A stretch of 64,000 nt of DNA from Squalus acanthias. Taxonomy: Eukaryota. The translations under genes were made by a program, and so were the position numbers. The notes under the pieces are model-generated. The model made no database searches. It was not told the origin of the DNA and saw only the letters and a list, made by a program, of their open reading frames with translations. Positions 12,127 through 24,155 of this stretch are shown one piece after another. Location of the stretch: contig CM059431.1 of assembly GCA_030390025.1 (NCBI GenBank), forward strand, positions 112,222,001-112,286,000, in the 5' to 3' direction. How positions within the stretch are numbered: position 1 is the stretch's first letter; each line of letters starts with the position of its first letter.

Positions 12127-14170
12127 TAGAATCATAGAATCATAGAAAGTTACAGCACGGAAGGAGGCCATTTCAGCCCATTGTGTCCGCGCCGGCCAAC
12201 AAAGAGCTATCCAGCCTAATCCCACTTCCCAGCTCTTGGTCTGTAGCCCTGCAGGTTACAACATCCCAAGTGCACATCCAAGTACTTTTTAAATGTGGTT
12301 AGGGTTCCTGCCTCTACCACCCTTTCAGGCAGTGAGTTCCAGACCCCCACAACCCTCTGGGTGTGAAAATTTACCCTCAAATCCCCTCTAAACCTTCCAC
12401 CAATTACTTTAAATCTGTGCCCCCTGGTTTTTGACCCCTCTGCTAAGGGAAATAGGTCCTTTCTATCCACTTTATCTATGGCCCCTCATAATTTTATACA
12501 CCACAATAAGGTCTCCCCTCAGCCTCCTCTGTTCCAAGGAAAAACAGACCCAGCCTATCCAGTCTTTCCTCATAGCTAAGATTCTCTACTCCTGGCAACA
12601 TCCTTGTAAATCTCCTCTGTACCCTCTCTAGTGCAATCACATCTTTCCTGTAATGTGGTGACCGCAGTACTCTAGCTGAGACCTAACTAATGTTTTATAC
12701 AGTTGAAGCATAACCCACCTGCTCTTGTATTCTATGCCACGGCTAATAAAGGCAAGCATTCCGTATGCCTTCTTAACCACCTTATCTATCTGGCCTGCTA
12801 CCTTCAGGGATCTGTGGACATACACTCCAAGGTTCCTTTGTTCCTCTACACTACTTAGTGTCCTACCATTTAATGTGTATTCCCTTTCCTTGTTAGCCCT
12901 CCCCAAATGCATTACCTCACACTTCTCCGGAGTGAATTGCATTTGCCACTGTTCTGCCCACCTGACTAATTTATTGATATCTTCCTGCAGTCTACAGCTT
13001 CCTTCTTCAGTATCAATCACACAGCCGATTTTAGTATCATCTGCAAACTTCCCAATCATACCCCCTATATTCAAGTCAAGATCATTGATATATACCACAA
13101 AAAGCAAGGGACCCAGTACTGAGCCCTGCGGAACCCCACTGGAAACAGCCTTCCAGTCACAAAAACACCCATCAACCATTACCCTCTACTTCCTGTCTCC
13201 GAGCCAGTTTTGAATCCAACTTGACACTTTGCCCTGGATCCCATGGGCTTTTAACTTCGTGACCAGTCTGCCATGTGGAACCTTATCAAAAGCCTTGCTA
13301 AAGTCCATATACACTATATCAAATGCACTACCCTCATCTACCCTCCTTGTTACCTCCTCAAAAAATTCAATCAAGTTTGTCAGACATGACCTTCCCTTAA
13401 CAAATCTGTGCTGACTATCCTTGATTAATCTGTGTCTTTCTAAATGAAGATTTATCCTGTCCTTCAGAATTCTTTCCAATAATTTTCCCACCACCGAGGT
13501 TAGGCTGACTGGCCTGTAATTATTCGGTCTATCCTTTTCTCCCTTTTTAAACAAGGGTACCACATTAGCAGTCCTCCAGTCCTCCGGCACCACACCTGAA
13601 GCCAGAGAGGATTGAAAAATGATGGTCAGGGCCTCTGCTATTTCCTCTTTTGCTTCGCTTAACAGCCTGGGATACATTTCATCAGGGCCTGGGGATTTAT
13701 CCACTTTTAAAGCTGCTGAACCCCTTAATACTTCCTCTCTCACTATGTTTATTTCATCTAATATTTCACACTCCTCCCCCCTGATAGCAATGTCTGCTTC
13801 GTCCCTCTCCTTTGTGAAAACAGACGCAAAGTATTCATTAAGAACCCTACCGACGTCTCCCGCCTCCACACACAGATTACCCTCATGATCTCTAATAGGC
13901 CCTACCCTTTCTTTAGTTATCCTCTTACTCTTAATATATTTATAAAACATCTTTGGGTTTTCCTTGATTTTACTTGCCAAGAATTTTTCATGCTCTCTCT
14001 TTGCTTTCCTAATATCTTTTTTAATTGCACCCCTGCACTTTCTGTACTCCTCTAAAGATTCTGGAGTATTTAGCCCTCGGTATCTGTCATACGCCTCCCT
14101 TTTTTTCTTTATCCTACCCTGTATGTCCCTAGACATCCACGGGACTCTAGATTTGTTAGTCCCACCTTTA
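12127..14170 (-). mobile_element. CR1 LINE, 5'-truncated, RT domain with few lesions
   Basis: Motifs KSPGPD, NYRPVSLTS, DFSKAFDKV, GVPQGSVLGP, KFADDTK; (ATTCTATG)n tail at 12127-12145; nearly identical to 49010-51040. Confidence 0.95.
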
Positions 14171-15331
14171 CCTGTACATCTATATTACAAATTGGATATG
14201 TTAGAGGGACATTGTAGCAGGGGATCTCATGCAAAAGAAAGAGGAGCTGTGCTAGTGATATTTGAGCCCATATTTACTTGTCTTATCTCAGTTATATAAT
14301 TTGATGTACGTCTCCTATACAAAACAATTGGTATAGGTGATTGGCTACAGTATGAAACTGCTCTGAAACATGTAGTATAAGGACATTGTTTAACACAGTA
14401 TGCATTATACCTGTAACAATACAATCTGCAGAAACACAGAATTATGAATTATTTATGCCAGGTGATGGTTACATTCACAGCAAACAATTGTGTTGGTGTC
14501 TCTGGGGGGCGATTTTAACCCTACTCACTCAGCAGAAACCTGGCGGGTGGGCAGTTAAAATCGCCCTGGCTCTTACCTGTCTGAAAGCCGCCATGATCGC
14601 AACATCTGCAATTTTAACCTGCTCTCCTGAGCAGGCAGCAAGGGCACGCGCCCGGAGCCAACAGGGTCCTTCTTTACGTATGCATGTTGTAGCACGATGG
14701 CATCATTGAGACCTGACTGTAATTTTAACTCCGGCCTGAGTGGGGAATCCACCTGGAGTTAAAATCGGGGCCGTCTCTCTCTGTCTGGCCGGAATTTTCA
14801 TGCTGCCGTGCGTGTGGGATTGAAGGCGGGTCAGGAGTAAAATGCGCAATAAATGGGGGCGGGTCGGGAATGCAACATCATCCCGCCTCCTCGAGCTTTT
14901 AACTCGGGCGCGTTTGCCAGCATGGCACGAACTCGAACGGTAGAGGCGGGCGACCTAATTTACCTCATTAAAACCTTGTTGTCAGACCCTTAACAATGCT
15001 TTTAACCAGACCTTTTGAATTTCACTGCATGACCACGGGAATCACGCAGCTCGGGAACCACGTCTGTCAAGCTGAGGCGGAGGCTCAGTGGCCATTGATC
15101 GAGGTCTTTACTTCAGAGCATGGAAAGCACGACACTACCACATGAGACCTGCTTAATTCCCTAAGGGAAAGGCTCTTGCTGAGTGCATTTTGAGCACAGA
15201 TTTAGGTGACTACACTTTGCAAGACTTTTCTGCAAAGTCGGAAGACACTTTCATCCCTTTGCTACTACCTATCACACCATTGACAGATTGGTCCTCTGAT
15301 CTCTACTTGACCTGCCATCTATTACATCAAC

Positions 15332-16543
15332 ATGGGTGCCATTTATACTGGCTCACCCTGATCCTCAGAATCAGACCAGGATGAGCCCCAACACCACCAG
15401 CAGCAGGCACACCAGCGGCAACAACACCAACAACCTTCTCCTCAACGATCTGATGCTCCACAGGGCAGAGGGTATCAGCACAGGGCTGCACCTCGCTAGA
15501 GGCCATACCCCCAACACAGGGTATACAGGCAGAGGATGAGCTTCCTCAACATGACTGAGCAGCAGTGCCAAAGCAGGCTCAGGCTATCGCGCCAGGCCGT
15601 TGCAGACATTTACAGCTTACTGGAACCAGACCTGCAGCCTAGAGGAGTGGTGGACATGCCTTACCAGTGGCTGTCAAAGTCACCAGCACCCTCAACTTCT
15701 TCACCTCAGGCTCTTTCCAGGGATCTGCAGCAGACATTTGCAGCATCTTGCAGTCGGCCACCCACAGATGCATCACACAGGTCACCGATACCCTGTTGAC
15801 AAGTCAGCCAATTATATCAACTTTGCCACTGATGAAGCCAGTGTTGCTGAGCGGGCGCTCGGCTTTGCCACTCTGGCTGGCTTCCCACGGGTGCAGGGCG
15901 TCATCGCCTGCACACATGTGGCCATGAAGGCACCCCATCATCACCCAGGAGTGTTTGTGAACCATAAGGGCTTCCACTCCCTCAATGTGCAGCTCATCTA
16001 CAACCATAAAAAGAGCATCATGCATGTGTGCACAAGATTTCCTGGCAGCTATCATGACTCTTTTGTGCTGCGCCAGTCCACCCTCCCTCAGCTCTTCACA
16101 CCACCAAACACACTTACTGGTTGCTTGGAGACAAGAACTATCCACTGAAGACATGGCTCATGATACCCTTGAGGAGGCCACGTACTGAGGCCCAGGAGAG
16201 ATAAAATGAAAGCCACATGTCCACTAGATGTGTCATAGAGCAAACAATAGGCATGCCAAAAATGCGCTTCAGATGCCTTATCAGATCTGGAGGAGCCCTT
16301 CAGTACACACCAGCCAGGGTCTCCAGAATTGTGGTTGTCTGCTGCGTACTGCGCAACATAGCGCAGCAGCGAGGATTAGCGCTGCATGAGGAGCAAAGCA
16401 CAGAGCGCACAGCCTCTTCAGAGCAGGAGGAGGAGGAGCATCAGCTGGAAGATGAGGAGGAGGAGCAGGAGGTACCTGAAGCACCCGAGCACATTGCTGC
16501 CCGGGAGGCCAGGGTTGGCCTCATCATGGCTAGATTTACTTAA
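15332..16543 (+). pseudogene. Harbinger transposase B, frameshifted
   Basis: Fragments [70 protein letters not shown] across several frames. Confidence 0.88.
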
Positions 16544-16854
16544 CTTCCAACATTACACCCATATGGCTGCCACATGCTGTGCCAGGATTCCGCCCCCCCT
16601 CCACCCCCAACACCACCATAAAGCATCCCTACAATGACCAAGCCATTCCTTTCACACTGAACCCCATTGCTGGAAGTAACATTATGTCTGACCATTCACT
16701 CCAACTCACTAAGCCACAAGCTAGCAGAAAAAATGGGCATGACTGGAAAGTGGTGAAAATAAATAGTTTTACATGTGACATAAGAGTAACGGAACCTGAA
16801 CAGAAACAGTTCTTTAAACACCCATGTGCTTACCCTTATGCATCTACTTCTGTG

Positions 16855-18683
16855 TTATTTTTTGTTTACGTGTGCTTCTACGAGGTGCACCCCCTTTGGC
16901 TTCAGCAGAGGTAGAGGCAGCCTGCTCACTTCCCTGCTGCTACTGCGTAGACACTTTTGGCAGGTGTCCTCTGGGTTTTGGAGCCTCTGATGCGACTGTG
17001 CAGGGGCAGACTTGGCCATCGTGATCCGAGGGGGCATTGGGGGCTCTGACTGAGGGGGATGCAATGGGGGAGAAGTGTGAGCGCTTTGAGAGGAGCCCCC
17101 ACTTCCATGACCCCTCTCACCATCATCCCTCTCATGGGCCACCCGCACTTCCCTGCTAGCAAGGAGCTGGAGAGCACCTTGTTGCACAGCAGTGGGGCCA
17201 GGAGGACACAATTCTATGTTGACATCTCTCCTAGACAGGAGGTTTATGAGCCTCTGCCATCTGTTCTCCATGTGCTCATCTGAGTGGAGCATTTGCTCCA
17301 TGTAGGTGACCATCCTTTCCATGGAAGAGCCTACAGTCGCCATTGCCTATGACACGGTGGTGCTCATGTTGGAGATGGACTCCTCCATTCACTGCACATT
17401 TGCAGACATCGTGCTCGCAAAACCTGTCAGAACCTCCTGCACTTCTTCCTCCACCTCCAGGAATGCCCTCTTTCTGGATGGCCCCCGAGGCTCAGCCTCT
17501 GCATGCACCTGAGCAGTGCTGGGAGTGTCCTGTGCCCTCTGGCAAGGAGTCTCCACTGCTGTCCCTGTCTCCACCATCTCCTCTTGCTCACTTGTGACTT
17601 GTGAGACACCAGGTGACAACACTCCTCTATCTCGCGTTGCACCCACCGAGGTGTGCGTATCTGCGCTGGTGCTGGGTGCGCTTAGGTCTGGTGACGGTGC
17701 GCACTCAGTGGCTGGAAGCTCCTCTGTGGATTATTCTTCCTCTTTCGCCTGGACAGTGAGGGGTGCTTTTGATGGACCTGTGGGAGAGTAAAGAGATGAT
17801 TTAGAAACGTAATATCAAGAATGGGTAACAATACCATTATGCACATGATGAATATTCACTAGCTGCTGACATCAGTCCCTATATGAGTGACTGATGTATG
17901 CCATGTGGCTGTACGAGATGTAATTCTGTCACCAGGTTGCTGAGAGGTCCCCCTCTCTCCGTTTCCCACCACCAGCTGCTCCGCAACTTCTGAGACCTCC
18001 AGGGCGACCTCCTCTGCTGCTGTCAACGTGGTGAAGGATGGAGGGCTACCTCTGGTTCTCTTTCCTCTCCCTCTTATTGTGGGCTCTCTTCTCCTGCAAG
18101 GAGGGAAAGAAGAGATGTTTGAGTGAGAGTGATGGCAGGAGTGTAAGGAATATGTAGGTTACATCTGTAGAGGGTGACTATGAGGGAGTGTGGTTCCAAT
18201 GCCAAAGTTTCAATGCCAAGGGGCCTCCTTGTGTGTTGTCAGTTGGTATGATTGCATTAGGATGAGGGTGAGTGTGAGGGGTGTTAGTCAGATTGGGATG
18301 TGATAATGTAGATAGAGAGAGAGGGATGGGTGGGTGTGCAAGGTATGTTGGTGTGAGTAAGGATGTGCAGGAGTAGGCTTGGGAAGGCAGAGTGATGGGG
18401 ATGTGATGACAGGCACAGTAGGATGAAGTTGAGTGTGGCTTTGCACTCACCTTTCCTGATCTCATGAGATCATTGAAGCGCTTCTGGCACTGCACCCAGG
18501 TCCTCCTGACCACATCTCTACTGTTGACCTCCTCTGCAATTTGGAGCCAGCCTCTTTTAGGGAATGTCTGTTCCACCCATCAGCATGGAAGAGGACCCCC
18601 CTACATGCTCTGACTCCCTCCACAAGAATATGCAGGGAATCATCTGAGAACCTGGGTGCAGCCCTCTGTCTCCGTGAAGCCAT
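16855..18683 (-). pseudogene. Harbinger Myb-like gene B, disrupted, spliced
   Basis: MASRRQRAAPRFSDDSLHILVEGV..WLQIAEEVNSRDVVRRTWVQCQKRFNDL with GTGAGT donor; 3' exon homologous to Myb gene C. Confidence 0.8.
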
Positions 18684-19655
18684 CTGTGCAAGACTCAGCA
18701 ATAGCCAAATGATGATATGTAATGCCTACACACTCTTAGATGAACCTTCAAATGCAATGTGGCCAAGGCTGCTTTAAATACCCCGGCTGGAAATGAGTCA
18801 TCAGACCTGCACCATTTAAAAGGGCCAGGTAACGCGCAGGCCTGCCTTAATAGGCGGCATTAAGGGAAAGTTGGTCTGAGGAGCGGGATGAAAAAAGAAG
18901 AATGGGGTTCCGAGCAGCCACGCTGACCGCCCGCACCCGACCCGCCCTGTTAATGAAAATTCCGGCCTTTGTCTCACCCAGGAGAACGAGTTTCCCGCAG
19001 GCCCTGCCGAATTTAATGGCAGGGCCTGCTTTGAATGGGAAGCCTCTGTTTCTCACCCGCAGCCAGCCAGATTGAGAGGCTGGCCGGCCGGCTCCGGGGG
19101 GGGTAGGCCTGCAGCACTAGGCTGCACAGAGGAGGGAGGGAGGGAGGCATTGCGTGGGGGCCAGGGTCGGCTGGAGGGAGCGGTGAGGGGGCTGAAAAGA
19201 TCGTGGGCTGGCCGGAGGAGCGGGGGGGGTGGGGGAGGGGGGGGGAGTGCGCGGTCCAGATGATCGCGATTGCGGGCTGGGACCAGCACGGGGGGTGGTG
19301 GGGAGGGCTGGTCCAGAACATCGCGATCGCGGGACGGTCGCGGGGCGGGGCGGGTGGTTCAGTTGACGATCGGGGGCCGGGAGCAGCACGACAGGGTTGG
19401 GGGGGTGGGGGGGAGGTCTGAAGGGATCGGGGGCTTGAGGAGCAGCACGGGTTGGGGGCCGGATGACTGGTGGGTGGGGTGGAGGCCTGGTGGGGGAGCC
19501 TGGAAGGGGAATCGGAGGCCTTGGGGTGTGATCGGAGGCCTTGTGAGGGGTGTCCGATTGTGGGGGGTTGGTTTAGGCAGGGACCCTGGATCCAGGAGGT
19601 TAGTGTAAAGGCACTTACCTCCTGGATGCAGCAGTCCTTGCCTTGCTTTAACTGC

Positions 19656-20528
19656 CATGATGCGGAGATGCCGGTGTTGGACTGGGGTGGACAAAAATGA
19701 GAAGTCGCACAACACCAGGTTATAGTCCAACAGTTTTATTTGAAATCACGAGCTTTCGGAGCGCTGCTCCTTCATCAAGTAAAGTGAAGGAATACAAATC
19801 AGCAAAGCATATATAGACAGAGAACAATGTGTAGCGTACAATGTCAGACGACTACAGTAAATCTCACTGACTGCCCTCCATCACACCTCGGCAGAGATAC
19901 AATCAGGTCAGTCAGGAAGGCATTACATCAAAGACACAGCAAAATACAGCTAAGACAATGAGGTGGGGTCACAGGGGGTCCAACGTGTCAAATGCTGAGT
20001 CTGTATGGTTAAGCTTTTTACTTTTTTTTAAAAACTGGAAATCACATCTGTGAACAAGCCAACGACAACTCGAGTCTGGATGACTCTACGTCATGTAGCG
20101 TGACATGAAACCAAGATCCCGGTTGAGGCCGTCCTCATGGGTGCGGAACTTGGCTATCAGTTTCTGCTCGATAATTTTGCATTGTCGTGTGTCTCGAAGG
20201 CCGCCTTGGAGAACGCTTACCCGCAGATCCGAGGCTGAATGTCCTTGACTGCTGAAGTGTTCCCCGACTGGGAGGTAACAATCCTGCCTGGCCGATTGTT
20301 GCATGGTGTCCATTCATACGTTGTCTCAGTGTCTGCATGGTCTCGCCGATGTACCATGCTGCGGTGCATCCTTTCCTGCAACGTATGAGGTAGATAACAT
20401 TGGCCGAGTCACATGAGTATGTACCATGTACCTGGTGGGTAGTGTCCTCACGTGTGATGATGGTATCTGTGTTGATGATCTGGCATGTCTTGCAGAGGTT
20501 GCCGTGGCAGGGTTGTGTGGTGTCGTGG
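19656..20528 (-). mobile_element. Penelope-like retroelement 3' fragment (GIY-YIG endonuclease plus terminal repeat)
   Basis: Minus-strand translation CHGNLCKTC..SANVIYLIRCRKGC..WYIGETMQTLRQRMNGH..VGEHF..EQKLIAKFRTHEDGLNRD; 13-bp TSD TTGCTTTAACTGC (19643-19655, 20529-20541); terminus shared with 62221-62598. Confidence 0.9.
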
Positions 20529-21398
20529 TTGCTTTAACTGCGGGTTTCATGAGTTGTGCAAAACCCGACCAGCTAAACCTAAATACAAAATGCCTCATTA
20601 CAATATTTAAATAGATGACCTGCCTCCTGGCAGCAGATTGGCTGCCCGCCCCCGTCCCGCCTCCATTAAAATCGTAAGTGGACGGGATGGAGGTGTGTTC
20701 AGGTCGGGATTTGCATTTTTAACACTTTAACCACGCCCCCAACCCACCCGTTATTTTAGGTTTAAATTCCCCCCACAGTGTGTGTTTATGTGTGCAAGGA
20801 GTAGAGTGACAAAGAACAAATGTCTTTTTGAGGTCAAAGTCCAGAGCTAGACCAGGGGTTGTAGTCACTCTGCTGAAATGAACAATACTGTGGTGAAATT
20901 TTCATTTCTGTATAAACAAATGAAAACTGTTTCTTTTAGGTGTGTAGAGATTAGGCCAATTAGTAGCCTATCTCTAGTCTTTCAAATAATCAGGATCGAC
21001 TGCAAATCAATATGGTGGGTATATTGTGTTTAATCAGAGTTTAAGATGGAATATAACATGCTAGTTATACAGCAAAAACATACGACCGTGACAAGCAGCT
21101 AGTACCGGTCCCGATCGGACAGACGGCTAGCGTGCATGAACAGTTCTCTGGCGTCAGGCCTCTCTCTCTCCCTCGTCTGGAATCTCCGAGTTGGTGAGCG
21201 TGGGATCACTCTCGAAAGAGCGTTCGACCAGCCCAACTATGCTTAGCTCTCCCCCCCACCGTCTGTGTGGGTAAGCCCTCAGGGTGTTACTTTTATTCTC
21301 TTTTTAGGGATGGGCCTGAGGCCAAATTATTGACAAGACCATCTAACCTATAGGCGTTTCCCTCAAACCTCAGTACCCAATGGGGCATCAAGTTCTAT

Positions 21399-22062
21399 GG
21401 GCTGGATTTTGATACTGGGGCCGGGTTGGGGTCGTGTTATCCGCATTTCGTGTTATCCACCCGACTGCAATTGGATGTGGGAGATTGATGCAATTTTCAC
21501 CTAATTGGGCAATTGAGTTCCAGCATGTGGGAACTCATGAACCAATTAGTGGTTTCAGTCTGAAAGTCGCCTCTGATGATGTCATCATTGCTGCTGCATA
21601 GAGAGAGAGAGAGAGAATTTTTTTTCCATCCAGGTCCTCTCACAGAAAAGGCCAGACCTTCAATGCAGCAGCATCAGAGGCGACTTTCAGACCTTATACT
21701 ACTACCTTCATCACATCTCCGTTGTAATAGTGGACCTGCAGCTGATAGTCAGCTATCCAAATGTGCTCCCGCCAGGTTTCACAATCGTGGTTCAGATCAG
21801 GCGTGCTTCACGTAGATCAAGGGTTAAAATCACAAAGGCCTTTCAAAATGGCATTATAGAGCCAATTTAGTGCTTGTTAAGGGCCTTAACAGCCTATCCC
21901 GCCTCTTAAAGGCGGGACGCAGTCGGGACCAGCAGACACGATTTAATGAAAATTGCGTGGAGGCGGGATGGAGGCGGACTTGTGCCCGCCCGCCAGTTTT
22001 CGCAATTTTAACCCCCCACACGCCTCCAAACCCGCCTCCACGGGTCAATGAAAATCCAGCCC
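21399..22062. mobile_element. Harbinger MITE (family of element C)
   Basis: TIRs GGGCTGGATTTT / AAAATCCAGCCC; ends homologous to element C ends; second copy at 52027-52763 in the opposite orientation. Confidence 0.88.
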
Positions 22063-22666
22063 TTTGTCTCAATTCTTGGATGAAAGCCGTCCCCTAAAGG
22101 GGTTTTCACAATCATTGCATATGCTTTATTGTTTATACGTTTTGAAAGCCTACCCATCGGAATTTCTCTTATCTCCCTTTTCCCTATCCTCCCTGGCACA
22201 GGAAGTACAAGGCCTGACCTCATCCCCTTTTAATCAGGAGGCCCAAACCAGAGCTGTCGCACTTCAGCCAGTCATTATCTCACATTCATCTAGAGTCTCC
22301 AAGAGGCGGGATCGGCCCTTAACACCCAGTTAAGTGCCTCTATAATCCCATTGTGAGAGGCCTTTCTGAATTTAACACATTTCCCCCGTGCTGCACGTCT
22401 CCTCTGGAACACACCAGTTAATCCTGGCAGGCTCACAAGTGGATTGCTTACTAACAGCTGCAGCTCCACCATTAAAAAGAACTTTTCAGCAATGATCATT
22501 TGCAGGTGGCAGAACTTTGTTGTCTCAGGTCTGGGAGAACTTTTAGCAGGCCTACTCATTGTTGTGGAAGTTTGGAGCCTGAGACCCATCTCCAGTGTGA
22601 TCTCCTGGGAAACCCCTCTCCCCACCTTGACTGAGCGCTTCCTCAACTGAGGTATATACCAGAAGC

Positions 22667-23897
22667 ATGGGAACCATTTATTTCCTTTCCTCCTGGACAT
22701 CAGATTCGGACGAAGACCAGCCACGGCAGCAGCAGCAGCCGGAGCCACAGCAACACCAACAGCAGGAGCAACAACAGGAGCGCCAAGCTGCTGCTCACCC
22801 ACCTGAAGCTGCACAGGCCAGAAGGCGCCAACGCATGGAAGCACGTCGCCGCAGGAGATATCCCCAAAACAGGGTTTACAGACAGAGGATGAGCTACCTC
22901 AACATGACTGAGCATCAGTGCCAAAGAGGCTCAGACTTTCGCGAGAGGTAGTGGGTGACATCTGCGCAATGCTGCAGCAAGACCTGGAGCCCAGAGGAAC
23001 GGGTGGACACCCCTTACCAGTGGCTGTCAAAGTCACCACCGCACTCAACTTTTTTGCTTCAGGCTCATCCAGGGATCAACAGCAGACATCAGCGGCATCT
23101 CCCAGGCAACCGTACACACTTGCATCACGCAGGTAACCGATGCCCTCTTTGTCATCACGCACAATTACATCAACTTCTCCAAGCATCAAGCAAGTGCAAC
23201 CGCGCGTGCGGTTGGATTTGCTAATCTGGCAGGCTTTCCAAGGGTGCAGGGCATCGTTGACTGCACACATGTGGCCCTTAAGGCACCCCATCACAATCCA
23301 GGTATTTTTGTCAACCGCAAGGGCTTCCACTCCCTCAACGTACAGCTGGTGTGTGACCACAAGAAGGAAATTTTGCATGTTTGCGCCAATTACCCTGGCA
23401 GTTGCCATGACTCCTTCATCCTGCGCCAGTCTAGTGTGCCTCCGCTCTTCACTCCACCAGACCAACTTTTTGGATGGCTACTTGGAGACAAGGGCTATCC
23501 CCTGAAGACATGGTTAATGACGCCATTGAGGAGCCCATCTAACAAAGCTGAGGAGTGCTACAACTCCAGCCACATTTCCACCAGATCCATAATCGAGCAA
23601 ACCATCGGCTTGCTGAAGATGCGATTCAGATGCCTTGATAGATCAGGTGGAGCCTTGCAGTACTCAGCAGCCAGGGTCTCCAGAATCGTCGTTGTTTGCT
23701 GTGCACTTCACAACATCGCACAGCATCGTGGCTTGCAGCTGCCTGAGGTACAAGTGGCTCATTGCATAGCCTCCTCAGATGAGGAGGAGAGTGACAGTGA
23801 ACAGCTTGCGGAGGCGCATCAACCAGCGGCACCAGCACACGAGCACATTGCTGCCCGGGATGCAAGGGACGCACTCATCTTGGCCAGATTTGCTTAG
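22667..23897 (+). pseudogene. Harbinger transposase C with two frameshifts (near 22925 and 23068)
   Basis: [94 protein letters not shown]. Confidence 0.9.
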
Positions 23898-24155
23898 CCT
23901 GCCCAATCAAACACTTTTGCCTCACACCTTCTTACCAGAGCATCGACAATGGCCAAGAACCTGCGGATTCCTATCACTGTGACCACCATACTGAAAATTG
24001 CAAGTCGCCCTAAGCCCTCAATGTGGAAGTCCCATTTGCGAAATGACACAGGCTACAATTTCAACAGTTTGACATCAAGTTTTTTTATCACATCAATTCA
24101 CGGATGGCTTTTCAAAAATAAACACAACAGAACACTCAAGTGACTACCCTTGTGA

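Larger units (their letters stand above)
14787..18967. mobile_element. PIF/Harbinger transposon B, full length but decayed
   Basis: TIRs GGCCGGAATTTTCAT / ATGAAAATTCCGGCC; flanks TCT/TTT; transposase (+) and Myb (-) remnants. Confidence 0.88.
14504..20774. mobile_element. Putative non-autonomous Harbinger-like element hosting two nested insertions
   Basis: Ends GGGGGGCGATTTTAACC and GGTTTAAATTCCCCCC with inverted subterminal GGCGGGTGGG/CCCACCCG motifs; no clean TSD; G-rich body at 19060-19620. Confidence 0.5.
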
